A stretch of DNA of 63,651 bases, counting the filler, from Choristocarpus tenellus KU-1152 (lineage: Eukaryota > Protista > Phaeophyceae), in the NCBI GenBank assembly GCA_964200185.2. It is 10 parts of 10 records of this genome, joined end to end, with 100 filler letters (N's around TTAATTAATTAA, not from the genome) between each part and the next. Parts side by side here need not be neighbours in the genome. Positions count along the whole stretch, not along the records: positions 5,554 to 25,290 come from CAXNAD020000445.1; positions 25,391 to 28,600 come from CAXNAD020021517.1; 8 more parts are not named here. One strand, given 5' to 3'. Below, in pieces: positions 13,701 through 25,659 of the stretch; position 1 is the first letter of the stretch, and every line of letters starts with the position of its first letter. The position numbers and the translations under genes are program-made. The notes beneath the pieces were generated by a model. It made no database searches. It was given only the letters and a program-made list of their open reading frames with translations, and had not been told where the DNA came from.

Positions 13701-16700
13701 AAGATATGATGTAAAGGTCATCTACACCTTTTTTATGTTTCTTCCACACAGAAATTTCAAGGCTGCCACACAAGAAAAAACTTCAAGTTAAGTTGGAGGC
13801 AACACAGCAAAGGTCAGATGCCTTCATGCTCATTGAAATAAGTTTCAGTGACTCCTTCATGCTCATTGCTTCTCAGCATGGGTCACGATCATCTTCATGG
13901 TCAAACAAAGAGTGTTTGCGCACTATTTCCAATTATTTACGTTACATGATACAAGAAAAACCATTTGTCAAGTCTTGACATACACCAAATTTTTTTACAG
14001 TGTTTCCTTGGTCCTGGGGTCCAGCTCACAATCAACATTCACTACCATTTTCATTTTCTGCAAAGTTGATGTGGAAAACCTCCACCAATGGTAATACAGT
14101 CTACTAATGATGTAATCTAACCAAACTATTATCCATGTATCCATGTATCCATGTACTACTGTAATGAAAACGGCACACCCCTTACAAGGAGATGGTCAAG
14201 ATTTCAAAGGGTACCTGGTAGGAGTTTGTCATGCTGGACACAGAGGGAAAGGTCACCAGCTTTACCAATGTCTCTGCAACTGGTGGATACTCTGCCCATC
14301 CAAGCATTGGCCCCAGGCTTTGCTCCAAGGAGTTAGGACCTTGCACAATGGTCTCAAACACCTGACAAAACAATAAAGAGACATATTCATCACATAATCA
14401 ATCGACAAGAATTTCTTATCTTCCTACTACAGAAAAATTGTAATGACTATATAGACACACTGTGGAGCCACCCAGTACAGAACATTGTATAGTAATTATT
14501 AATGCAATGGATGCTCGTGTTTCCTATGACAAGCTCAAGAAATAAGCACTATCTTTGGGAAGACTTGATAATGATACTCCCACATACATCTCATTCAAAA
14601 AAACACTTGCAAGCACTCTCCTTTGTCAAACAGAGCTATTGATACTTCAATGAAAGGAAAAATATATTATGTTACAATATGCCCAATTACTTTGTACCTC
14701 ATCTGCGTGGGAGCGTAACAGGTAATCCAGGACTCTGCATGCATGAAAAAAGTTTCCCCTTGCACCAGGCCAAAACACCTTGAAAATGGCTGATGTGATT
14801 GCCCTAGCCTTCTTCTTCAAGAAAATTCTCACGGCATCTGATGGTTCATCGCTTGTCAGAAGCATTGTGGCCCTTAGGATTTTTTTTAATCCAAACAATA
14901 GGAAGGAACAAATGCATGATTAAGCAAGAATTCTAATGGGATGCAACACTTTCAGCAAGCAGTTTACCTAGTGGAAATATAAAAGTATTAATAGTTTCAA
15001 TTATTCAACAACAAAAGATATTAACAGTTTCTTAACAGTTTCAATTTCATGAAAACTAAACTTTGTTGTTGACATGGGACCCAAAGATTGCATCCAAATA
15101 TTGGCCCCAGGCAATTGTGCATTGATCATTACCATTGTTTCTAATCATGCCTCTTGCAAGATACTGTATAATGTTGCACGAGCATTCGCAAATAATACAT
15201 GCTAGGATGTAACAATGTCTAACAATGGAGGCAGGCAATGTTGCAAGTATAGGGCATAGGGACTCGTTCTACTTCAACCACACAGAATTAAATATTACAT
15301 GCTGCACCCAACCAATGAACTGTACACAATATGAAAGACCCTCAATGGAAAGACATAGCCTCAATGCACAAGTTGGGTTTTATGTGTGACAGTGTAATAC
15401 ACAGAAGAGTTCCCCACTCGCTTAATCAATGAACAGTTACATGATAACTATTCTGTGTCTCACTCAATGGACACCTTCTACATTTCATCCATTAAAGTTT
15501 CCAAACAAATTTTTCAGCAAACTTCAATAGGTAGTTGACCACCCTTACAAACATGGTAGTTTGTCGACACTCACTATGTAACAAAAAAATCAATGAAAGT
15601 GTGGAGATAGAAAATGATTCCACTCTCAGAAATCATATTGAAATGACTACGTATCACAGCTAAATTGCTCTATGGTCTCTCAAGTGCACACAGTTCTTAG
15701 TCTCGCCGGTGGTACTGGGGGTGGTCAACAAAAGGTTGGGGCCATCAGTCATACGGACGAAACCAGAATACTCTCAGCACAACAAAATCAAACACCTGTA
15801 ATGTGTGTGTGTGGCAATCTGGATTGAACCTCATCTGTCCTGATATCTGCTTGGTGCTGAATTCGCAGTAGTCACTACATCATTACATCTTCTGTTTGTG
15901 CTGCCCTGCATTGTTTTCTAGTTAATCACTCTATAAACAGTGACAGTTGGATTCAACCAATGTGTAGGATTTACAACACACAGTCATAGGCAAGGTACAT
16001 GACAGTTATCATGACAATAATCAATTCCACACTGAATATAGATATCAAAAATTTACACAACTGTGGAAATGCATGCATGTATAAATGAAACTAAGATTGA
16101 CCGAGTCTGTTACCTGCTGTTGTAGCTTCAGGAAGGGAACTTTATTGTCGCAGGCGACTACTTTACACAAAAGCTATCAAATACTCTCACATACTTTAAA
16201 GAGAGAGGAAGCACAACCCAACACACAAATGTTTCTTTATGTCCTCCTTCGACCTCAATCAATTCCTCCAAGCCCCATGTTTTGCCTACTGAGGTATTCA
16301 ATCATCAGCCCCACACTACACAATCTACAGGCAAAGAACCCACTCATGAAAACATTAACTGCAGTCGCCAGCAGCATCCTGGTTACATCAAAAATTTCTA
16401 GCATGTGATCAATCCCAAAGCAGTGATTCGCATTGCAAGTGCCAACTGGATCTGTGGCCTCCTGGGCAAACTTGAACAAGCCGAATTACATAATCAGTGA
16501 CACCATATACATCATCCTCAACTGCCAAGTGAATCTGCAGTTTAGTATCCTGTAGTCCCGAATCAAGAAAATCTATTACCACAGAGTAGTCATGCACAAC
16601 TACAGTTTTACTCTCTAAATAACAATAGCACCAAACACAACATACATTCTGCCAACTGTGAGCCAATCTTTCCACCCCAACATGAATAATAATCTTCAAC

Positions 16701-17863
16701 ACTACATTTCGGTACAAATTTCCTCCAACAAAGGGTCAAAACGCGAAACATCTTTCTTGCCATGAACACCCTTGAAGGGTCACTATGACAGTATAAGTGA
16801 AGGAACCTATGTGTTTTGAATCTGCTTCGAAGAACTAAACTTCTTAAACTCTAGAAAACCTGCAGTACAGCACATCGGAACGCACTCCAACACAAAACGA
16901 AGCACATCAAGCTTGGTCACAAGGGCAACGACTGAAACTGCACCCACACCTGAATGATAGTTTCAGTTCATCAGAAAGTCCATCCCCAGGTTCCGGTCGT
17001 TTTGGCCCTATTTGGCAGCCCCAGCCTTTTCTTGGGCTCACCCTATCCTCATCTTCCTCAGGTATCAAAGTAATAAAATTGATGTAAGCCTCGCACACTC
17101 CATCTTGTAATAGGAAATCAATCATCTGTTAATTCAATAGCATGGGTTGGTGTAAGGATATGGGCCGCCTACACTTCGACTGCAGTATTAAAAAATGCAC
17201 GGTGGGCACAGAAAAAGGTGAAGGAACCAACAGAACGAAGGGTGCATACGACGACCCTATACCATCGAGTATAGAAGCAGACAAGACATTTCTGACCACG
17301 GATAAAAGCCATCCGACTAGCATTCTCTCAACCTTATCTGTTATGAATGGATGCTCGAGCCCCAGCATAGTTAAAAGAAGATTCTTGTCCCGTTGCCGCT
17401 TTTCGTTCCCCCTCACTTCTACTGGACTATGGACTGCTGGTACCTGAGATTATTCAGCAGGATTTCGCATGTTTAACATGTTTGGTTGTGCGACGAATAT
17501 CATTTAGTGCAAGAGCATCGAGCAGCACAGATTTATGCAATGTTTTCCAACACATTCGCACTGGAGCATTGGTAGAGGAACACCCTACCACACTCGAATG
17601 CAACCTGGAAACTCCATGGAGTAGGCCGCTCATTCGCTCGTAAACACTTCCACCATCACATGTTTCAAGGCAGACCGCATATGCTTCGACCTTGGCACAC
17701 GCAGAAAATAGGCTATTTTCAAGGCACAAAGTAAGGCCAATGAGCATCAACACGAAAAACGTATGCAAGTCATTTCTCTACCCACCTGAGCCAATGTCCC
17801 CTTGACTGGAGTTGAGCTCGAGAAGGGTCCCTCATCATTACGGCATTCATCACTCACTGCCAT
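7471..17863 (-). CDS. 12-exon gene, ~690 aa, SAPS (SIT4-associated)/PP6 regulatory subunit-like helical protein
   Basis: Manually spliced minus-strand exons: 17863-17786, 17443-17333, 17125-16950, 14872-14698, 14361-14215, 13363-13229, 12954-12751, 11090-10964, 10645-10302, 9086-8907, 8602-8505, 7768-7471. All introns are GT..AG, phases are consistent, total 2073 nt from ATG to TGA. Motifs WFFQYPHNNLYHAAFYRLIF, NRGYILKLCN and IDHGSTFAHGLGF resemble SAPS-like proteins; the family call is from memory, not a search. Small extra exons could be missed. Confidence 0.85.
8505..8602 (-). CDS. SAPS-like gene exon 11 (VPSINQYG...GIDHG)
   Basis: CAG acceptor, GTGAGA donor, ends in phase 2. Confidence 0.8.
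8907..9086 (-). CDS. SAPS-like gene exon 10 (SDGNRGYILKLCNVIRLQAD...)
   Basis: CAG acceptor, GTGAGG donor, 180 nt. Confidence 0.88.
10302..10645 (-). CDS. SAPS-like gene exon 9 (HPGYKVKQPFT...WFFQYPHNNLYH...)
   Basis: CAG acceptor, GTGAGG donor, 344 nt, conserved-looking core. Confidence 0.9.
10964..11090 (-). CDS. SAPS-like gene exon 8 (NSTTVVPNRLNSVRDLLH...)
   Basis: CAG acceptor, GTAAGA donor; supplies the phase 0-to-1 change needed for exon 9. Confidence 0.8.
12751..12954 (-). CDS. SAPS-like gene exon 7 (VIDRLSKDSNGELLLQPIGYCPE...)
   Basis: CAG acceptor, GTATGC donor, 204 nt. Confidence 0.88.
13229..13363 (-). CDS. SAPS-like gene exon 6 (TSPPSKWKLYSGLADW...HVSACSDLFLQ)
   Basis: CAG acceptor, GTGGGT donor, 135 nt; absent from the ORF track. 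Confidence 0.82.
13603..13713. repeat. 12-bp tandem repeat (GTGAGATATGAT)x~9 in an intron
   Basis: Directly visible. Confidence 0.95.
14215..14361 (-). CDS. SAPS-like gene exon 5 (VFETIVQG...NSYQ)
   Basis: CAG/GT boundaries, 147 nt. Confidence 0.85.
14698..14872 (-). CDS. SAPS-like gene exon 4 (ATMLLTSDEPS...GNFFHACRVLDYLLRSHADE)
   Basis: AAG acceptor, GTACAA donor, phase fits exon 3. Confidence 0.88.
16950..17125 (-). CDS. SAPS-like gene exon 3 (MIDFLLQDGVCEAYINFIT...LKLSFR)
   Basis: CAG acceptor, GTGTGG donor, ends in phase 2. Confidence 0.88.
17333..17443 (-). CDS. SAPS-like gene exon 2 (VPAV...LLTMLGLEHPFITDK)
   Basis: CAG acceptor, GTTGAG donor, 111 nt. Confidence 0.85.
17786..17863 (-). 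CDS. SAPS-like gene exon 1 (MAVSDECRNDEGPFSSSTPVKGTLAQ)
   Basis: ATG at 17863, donor GTGGGT, phase 0 joins exon 2. Confidence 0.7.
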
Positions 17864-20535
17864 GCTGGTGAACAGTCGCCGTCGACCAGATAGTGTGCAT
17901 TGACACCCACAACTCTACACCTCCCACCTCAAAATCCAAATCAACTTGTCATGGTCATACCAGAAATTATGGAGTGAATCGAAAGAATGTGTATGTAATC
18001 GGCTGGAAACGATTCGATAAACTCAATCGAATCGAACCGTGGGTGTATGCCATCAAGGGTAAAGATACAGATACTACTCTGTATGTTGAAAACATTCTGT
18101 GATTTGAGGGTAAAAATCGAACCACAGAGATGTATGCGCAGTATATGATATAAAGGATAAAAATGTGCTGGAGGAATCGAAAAAAATTGAACAATCAAAT
18201 CGATTCAAAGATGGTGATTCGCAATGTATCTTTTGTTTTTCCCCACCTTAATCCAAAATACATTGAATTGATTTGATACTACTTATATTGTACTAATAGT
18301 GTGTTACAGAGAATGTACCTGATTTTGTAAGAGTGTTTTTTAAGTCAAATGAGGAAAGAAAAATATATGATAGAAGCGTCATTTCACAACACACCCCCAA
18401 TCACTATGTCAACACCTTCAAAGTGTTCTAGTGTTCTCCTCACGGAGCCTAGAGATAATGGGAATAAAGAGACTTTCACATGGGCCTTCGCAGAAATTAC
18501 TTACAGACTGGCTAACGCACGCATCGCCACCCAACCACACGGTTTAATCGTAATTCCAACTCAATCAAACATTCAACGGTTGTAAACCATTCCGTTCAAT
18601 GCACAAGTCCAACACTTAGATATGTTCAAAACAATTTGGATTCACAGTTCCTGTATCACATTGCCAATTATAGAATTGTATCCTACTCGCCCCCTCACTC
18701 CACAAACGTTGCTTCGATTGCGACGAAGGCACCTCACCCGTTTTTTATGATCTCATTCAGGTAAATTACTGAAGGATTGAAATAAGGTTTTGAAAGTAGG
18801 GGAATCTTTATTTTGTGTTTTTTTTCTACCCAATTAGGTAGAAGTTCATTCCTATTTGGAAGTTGTTCATTTCTTCTTAGTTTTGTTTTCTATTCCAACA
18901 GTTACACAAGGCTACGATGGGATGCGACCCAGTCATACCCGATCAGCCATTACGACAGATGTTGACCATGAGAACATGGCAGAGGTATTTGCAAAGGTAT
19001 GGGAACTGGCATACACCTCCTCCGACTTGTTACCCTTCGAGGGTTGGAAGTTCCACACCACATCCAGACTTTCAGCCCTGGCGAGGAGGAGTGCTACCCA
19101 GTCAAATTTGGCTCTTTCTTCAAGAAGGCATGTGCTCAGGCTTCTGCCTGACTGGCGTCTCTACCTAAAGAAGCATTTTGGAGGTATTGGTTAGTTTGAA
19201 TAGGGGTTCTAGATGCGATTGAGCTGCTGGATCTCAGTCTCATCAATGAGTGTGAGAGATGGATCATTTTTGCCTACATGGCTAAAAATCTTCAACAGTA
19301 TGCGCCACTCAGCTACTATCGAGGCCCTTCCCAAGATCCTGGCGGGATTCCTCCCCTGTGTGATGAATTCATATGAGGGAACACGAGATTTTCTTTTCCA
19401 ATTGGACGAGGGGGGAATGAAAGTCATGCCCTCAAGGACGAGGATACACCAAGGAGATCCCTTTGGCCCTTTTTTTTACTGTCTGCCCATAACAAAGGTC
19501 TCCAGTTCCAGTCCATGTTTGGAACCTAGGGGTTGTCCTTCCGAACCTTTCTCAATGACACATCCATCTCCTGTCGGAGAGATAACCCCATTGCCATTGC
19601 TGCTTTGAGCAGCTGAAAGGGGCCTGCTTGACGTGGGCATAGTCCTAAACATGGACAAGATCTATGCAGCACCACCTCAGGGTCACCAACCCATGCATTC
19701 CGAACTAGAACTCCTCCTGGGCATTGCAGCCATCGACCTGGCTCTGGCACCAGTGCATACAGATGGTTTGATCCAAACCTGTTTGACAGGGGTGATAGAG
19801 AGTTCAGGGTTACGGATACTGGCTACACACCTGGGCGAGATGGTGGACAAACCAGTTGCCAGATTCATCATTTCCTAGTCCCTCTCTCCCTGCTTGGGTT
19901 ACCTGGTGGGGGCCATCCCCCCACTGGACCTGGCAGGTCCCACCATGGAGTAAGCAGACAACACCTCCCTGTGGACACTAGGGGGGGTCATGGAGGCAGC
20001 AAACTCAGCTGAGGCAGCTGGTTCTTGTATCAGGTGTGTGACAATGGATCTCTTTGCCTGGAAGCAAACCAACAAGTATAGGCACAGCTGCGCATAAGTT
20101 CAGGGGGGTGAAAGTCTACCCTCCACGAGGCACTGACAATATGCAGCTCATATTGGCTTGTTGGTAACCACTCTCCCCACCTTTGAGGCCAGGCGACAAG
20201 GCTCCGAGATAGAGGCTCTTACACAGGCCATTTATACGAGCTCCACAGCACAGTCTCTGGGATCATGAATCCATGCTATCATCTCATTAGGAATCCCCTC
20301 AGAGGACCTGGCAGGGATTATTGATCAAGGCCGGGTTGACTGATCAGGCACAACCACTCCAGGTCCAGTTCTGGAGGTATACATCTTGGCAACTTATGAT
20401 GCTAGGGAAACAAGGAGGGTCCAGCAGGAAATTGCACTATAGACCGGATCCGCTTCAACTCCTTCAGGGCACAGCTAGCCAACTTTCCTGGAGATCGAGA
20501 GGAATAGGGAAGGAAAATTTCTTCGCTAGGTCTAA

Positions 20536-20794
20536 GAGTGAAAGTATCTTAGAGGGTACGAGTTTTGCCCTGTTTGTCCATTTGGGGCCTGACTTCCCAT
20601 GGTGTATTTTTTTTACATTTACCTACTCCAAAATATTTCGGAGTAGGTAAAATGTGTAAGTCATGAAAAGGTGTGTCCGGAACAAGGGTATTGACACTTC
20701 CCAACAAACATGATAGCCAAAATTACATCAAAATCACAACATTGGATTTTGACCCCAAATGGACGAGGCCCTACCCTCTAAGATACTTTGACTC
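20536..20794. mobile_element. MITE family A, TSD CTAA, inserted in LINE copy 1
   Basis: Full TIRs, perfect 4-bp TSD. Confidence 0.9.
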
Positions 20795-21684
20795 CTAACA
20801 CACTTCAGGGGCCAGTGTAGATAAGGGGCTAATGCATGGGCCACCACACAGCCCCTGGAGACAGCACACCAGATCCCTCCTGTGGAGTTCAGCCTCACTA
20901 CCACCAGGTCTCTAGGGAGAGAGGAGGTATTGTCAAACAGAGGTCCCTGATGGTCGTAAGAGGCAGAATGTTGACACTAGACATGCACGCACCAGCCCTA
21001 GGGCAGGAGGACAAGTACATCAGCACACACCAATCATGAAACGGTTGGGCCAAATCTGCCCAAGAATGGACGTCCCTCGCACAATGGAAGATGGGAGCCC
21101 GTTCACGGTGGGTAGGAACTCCCGTATCGATTTATTGTTCCATCTTGGGGCACTATCAGAGACTGGCTCTGTCCCTGATCAAGACAACTGCCTACTTCTT
21201 GATGTCGCTTTTGCAGAGGTCCAGGAAACTTGCTACCTGACCAACCCATCCACCAGCAATGATGTTGCTGCTGCGGCAACCAACGCACGAGAGTGCTCCC
21301 ATGACAAGGGATCTCAAAACCTTTGTGGAGGAAAGTTTGGGGGGGCCTCACTAAACAAGCAGATAATCTACCTGCTGAGATTGCCACCATGAGGTAGGGG
21401 GGAGAAGGGCTGGCCAGGAGGGGCCGCTGATGAAAAGGGGCTGTTAAGATTCGTTTGAGACAGAAGTTGCCATAACTGCAGTGGTAGGTCTTTGAAGGTG
21501 TTTCATGAGTTTTCAGCTGGAGATACTAGGCCTGTGAGTTTGAAGGGGCCTCACAAGAGGTTTGATATTCTTCCCTAGCTTCTCAAACGACTTCGTAGGG
21601 GTAGACTGGGAACTTAGCAATGTGAAACATTGATTCGTAAATATAACAGTCTCCCAGGGGACTTTACTGTATAGTTGGTACAAT

Positions 21685-21924
21685 GAATGAAAGTATCTTA
21701 GAGGGTACAGGTTTTGCCCTTTTTGTCCATTTGGGGCTTGGCTTCCCAAGGGTTTTTTTTTATGACATTTTACCCAATCCGAAATGTTTTGGAGTAGATA
21801 AAACGTATACGTTATGAAAAAGTGTGCAAGGATATTGACACTTCCTATCAAATACAATACCAAAATTACATCAAATGTCAACATTGGATTTTGCCCACGG
21901 CTCTACCCTCTAAGATACTTGTCT
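21685..21924. mobile_element. MITE family A, slightly deleted
   Basis: Homologous to other copies; right TIR damaged. Confidence 0.85.
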
Positions 21925-22989
21925 TAATTTGAGAAGGATATATGTTGGAAATGAGAACTATATATCAGAAGTTATAAATTTGGTGAAACAGTGTGACTTG
22001 GAAAATTGCTGATGTGGTGTAAAAAACTAACAATAGTATACGATCGGCACTATATTTGTTTTTTTGGTACCCCTGAAATCCATAGGGTTAGGGTTACAGA
22101 GAAACATACAGAGAAACGCCTTCAACTGACGAATTTCAAGAGTGCTCAATGGTGATACGCATAGTAGTACCTTGTGTGTTCCCCTTCAACAATTCGCTAA
22201 GGAAGTGTAGCCTTTATTATTTAAAAACACTGTGCAGTACTACATGCATTAGAGAGGGCATTAAACTATCAAAATATATACATCACCTCTATATAACATT
22301 GCGTCACGTCTCAAGAGTGACACATATTTCTTACAATCCCAAAGAAGGGTGGTCTACTGCTCACTCAGTGTTGTTCCACACAATGTTGAGGCTTTTCTCC
22401 TCTGAAACCCTAATCTTGTCCCACCTCCGGAACAATCTAAGCAAGGTCCTCCTGCACACACAAAACCTCGCCGAATAGTTTGTCCTATGTTCCCCAACTC
22501 TTTCTCCCTTCTCTGCTTAACCCAAATTTCCTCTTGAGCCTTGTGTAGGCCATTATTATACACAGCTGAGTAGGTGAACTAGTACTGGCAATGGTTAAAA
22601 AAAAAATCCTAACTACTTCTCCACATAGTAAAAAACTATTGCTAGTTATTGATATCATCACTACTACTACTTATTTTTTATATCGTCTAAGGGGTTCCAG
22701 ACCCATGGTCAAAAGACAGTCAGAAGAAGGCAGTACACCCTGGTTGAGAAAAAACAAATGTTACTGAAGAAGAAAAAAATGAAGAATACGAGGAAAAGGA
22801 AAATGAAAGAGAAAGAGGAAGAACTCAGTTTTTCTACAAAAGGAAACGTATAGGAACCAAGCCCTACGATAGATGCAATACACTACCAGTATCCAATACT
22901 TGGGATAGAACATTGTCAATGCCATCATAAAAAACTGCCTGGGCTTATGGGAATGGGGGTGGGGTGGGAAGGAAATTTGAGTGTCACAC

Positions 22990-24050
22990 CAGGTCCGTCA
23001 AATCCCAACACTACTCATCATATACTACACAAAGAAACAAAAGAACGGAAAGTAGGATTCCAGAATAATCAGCCCCGAAGAAGAAAGTCAATGAGAAGGC
23101 AGTTTTTAGCAGGCAGTGGTGAGTGCGCCTGTGCCCTGATCTGTTTGGATTACTTTAGCTGCAGCTTTAGCATGAGGTATGTCAGCTATCACACCTTCCT
23201 TGGAATGGCAGTGGTCCATGAATCTCATTATATCTTCAATCACATAGTTGTACCACCTGTGTTGGTTGTTGTCCACAAGCTTCATTTCTCAACCATGACC
23301 CTAAACTTCTCAAGTTCGTCTTTGAGGTACGTGAAGCAGATCTTCTCCTTTCCACCGTCCTCCTATTTTTCCATTTTCAATCTCCCCAAACATCATCTTT
23401 GGGAGTCAATCATCTCCCAAGTGTGTGACTAACCCTACAAACAGGACTCTCCGTTTTTGCACGGTTGGCTCATGGTAAATTGAAAGCACATGGTCGCCGC
23501 CTTAAACTCAGACACTGTCACCTTCAATGTCCTTGACTCTCAGACAATTCTTGCATCATCAGCATAAAGCATACCCCACTGGTGCCACTTAAGTTATACC
23601 CCACTCCCTGTTGCTCCTCCTCTGGTGTGGTTATTTGTGGAAGCTCCCTTGATGACAGCAAGTTCCTTGGGAGTGACTGAGGTAGACTCATCACCTTTAC
23701 AAGAAATTACTCCCCCCTTAATCAAATCAATAAAAAAATAACCAAAGTGAGAGATCCTGTCATACGAAGTTTGGGCAGTCTTCAGGCATCATCATCCGTT
23801 CTCATCCTTGAAAAATGAGACCACTACATCATCCCAACTAGGTGAGTATATGTAGACGTTGAAACCTGAAGGTGTTACTGACTTGCCTGCATGTCAAAAT
23901 GGGTGGCAAATGGTTTGTTTCGATTATCTCTTTTTTGGGAATTTACCCGTGTATGCAATGGGTCTCAGTGCCTGTAGTGGCAATGGGGATTCCCAGAACA
24001 ATTATTTATGTGTACATCGATGGCATCAAAGATACCATCGCTTCAAACGT
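22990..24050 (-). mobile_element. Decayed RTE-like LINE reverse transcriptase
   Basis: WGMLYADDARIV at 23578-23543 and downstream LPKMMFGE; boundaries approximate. Confidence 0.7.
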
Positions 24051-25221
24051 TTGCTTCGGAGTCACCTTCTAATTGAGGGATGATCTTGAGGTTATTCATG
24101 GTTGTGTTGGCCTCATTATTTGGTTCAACTTGCTTCTGGAATTTGAGTGCAGTAGGTCAGACTTGTTCATGCTCTTAATTACATCCAAGGAGCATTCTCA
24201 TTGAGGTGAGGCTTGTAGGGCATCTGCAACAGCTGTCCTTCCAGTCATAGATCTAGTGCAGTAACCACAGGGTGTTATCAAAATTGGAGCAAAGACAGGA
24301 CCGGACTGTAAGTTATAGAAAGGTGTAGGCCCATTTTCCCCATTGCGATTGGCCTTCTTAAAGTTTACCTCACCCCCTTTCAAACCTCTCCCACATTTTG
24401 CAGCAAGGTTGGTACAATACATACGGGGGGAGCTGCAAGCAGCTGGTCGATCATTGAGGTTTCAGACACCACAGGGAAAATGTTGTAGGCCCTCCAGTAC
24501 AACTAATTTTAATTATAGACCTGTACTCTGTAAATTGATGCACCTGGTCTTATCGTCAGTTGTAGAGGCATTGGCCAATTGCCAAATCATTTAGAAGAGA
24601 CGATTTGACAATGTATTCGGTTAAGTCTCCTCTCTACCTCTACATAATCAAATAGGGTTATAGATCATATTGTTTCCTGTTAGGAATGAGAGTGGAATAA
24701 ATCAGCCAATTGTCTATTTCTCATGGTGACCCACTTCACAAGGTGAGATAACTAATGGGGAAGAAATAATGGGGCGGATTAGATAACCTGAGTAAAGAGC
24801 TTCAAAATAGAAGTGTTCAATATGTCAAGTTTCGTCCCATCGCCAACTGCTGATACCAGCTAATAATGTGGGGGTAGGCGGCTTCGCATAAACCCTTTCT
24901 CCATTATTGATTTGGCTTCAAAAGAGCCCATGTATAGGTGGGTAACCCTTCATGAACGTGCCACTCAATCTAACCAACCTGCTTCAGTCCCTGATCAGTA
25001 CGGAGAGTCTTTCATTTTTTTGCGGTCAAGCTTCTCCCTTGTGCACCAACCTCTCACACCTTACTAGATGCCCATCCCCCACTGTTTTCAGGTGCCAAAG
25101 TAATAAGCAGGTTGATCAGCCACACTACTCAGGCGCTGATCTACACATGCTGCCAGCATTTCCAAAAGAGGTGGGTGGCAGTTGAAACAAAATATTTGCT
25201 CTCACCTTTATGATAGGGAGT

Positions 25222-25290
25222 GGGTCAAAGTATCTGGGAGGGGGTGGCGGCTGTCCATTTGGGGTCAAATTTTTCATGTCTCGATTTTTG
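25222..25290. mobile_element. MITE family B end at contig edge
   Basis: GGGTCAAAGTATCTGGGAGGGGGTGGCGGCTGTCCATT. Confidence 0.8.
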
Positions 25291-25390
25291 NNNNNNNNNN
25301 NNNNNNNNNNNNNNNNNNNNNNNNNNNNNNNNNNTTAATTAATTAANNNNNNNNNNNNNNNNNNNNNNNNNNNNNNNNNNNNNNNNNNNN

Positions 25391-25458
25391 AAAAATCGCG
25401 ACATAAAAAAATTGACCCCAAATGGACAGCCGCCACCCCCTCCCAGATACTTTGAGCC
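25391..25458. mobile_element. MITE family B end at contig edge (reverse)
   Basis: ...GCCGCCACCCCCTCCCAGATACTTTGAGCC. Confidence 0.8.
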
Positions 25459-25659
25459 TATCCTAAGAAGTGTCAGGAACAGGTCGCCTTTTTGGGATTT
25501 GCTGACATTGATGAGCGTAAAATGTGTAGTCATATACATTTGCGTGGGTCACGTTTTGGCATTGAGGGTAGGGCAAGTAATGTGGTGTGGGTCACAACCA
25601 ATCACAGTGCAGATTGATCCACTGAGGTTGTCAACATGCACCCAGCATGCCTCAGTCTA

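Larger units (their letters stand above)
18900..22040 (+). mobile_element. Decayed non-LTR retrotransposon with restriction-like endonuclease (CRE-like), copy 1
   Basis: RT motifs QGDPFGPFFYCL and FLND (a YxDD variant); 3' RIDL/LLDV and xGKFG endonuclease region; stops and frameshifts; interrupted by two MITEs; boundaries approximate. Confidence 0.75.

Noticed and set aside
13476-13791. ORFs with repeated SYLT/ISHI/RYDV peptides, or a CRISPR-like array
   Set aside because: Spacer-less 12-bp intronic minisatellite.
15696-15780. Possible hammerhead ribozyme (GTC...GGACGAAAC)
   Set aside because: The required CTGANGA core is missing upstream of stem II.
25222-25458. One MITE-B spanning the gap
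   Set aside because: Both sides are the same end in opposite orientation, the flanks differ (GAGT/TATC), and the join is artificial.
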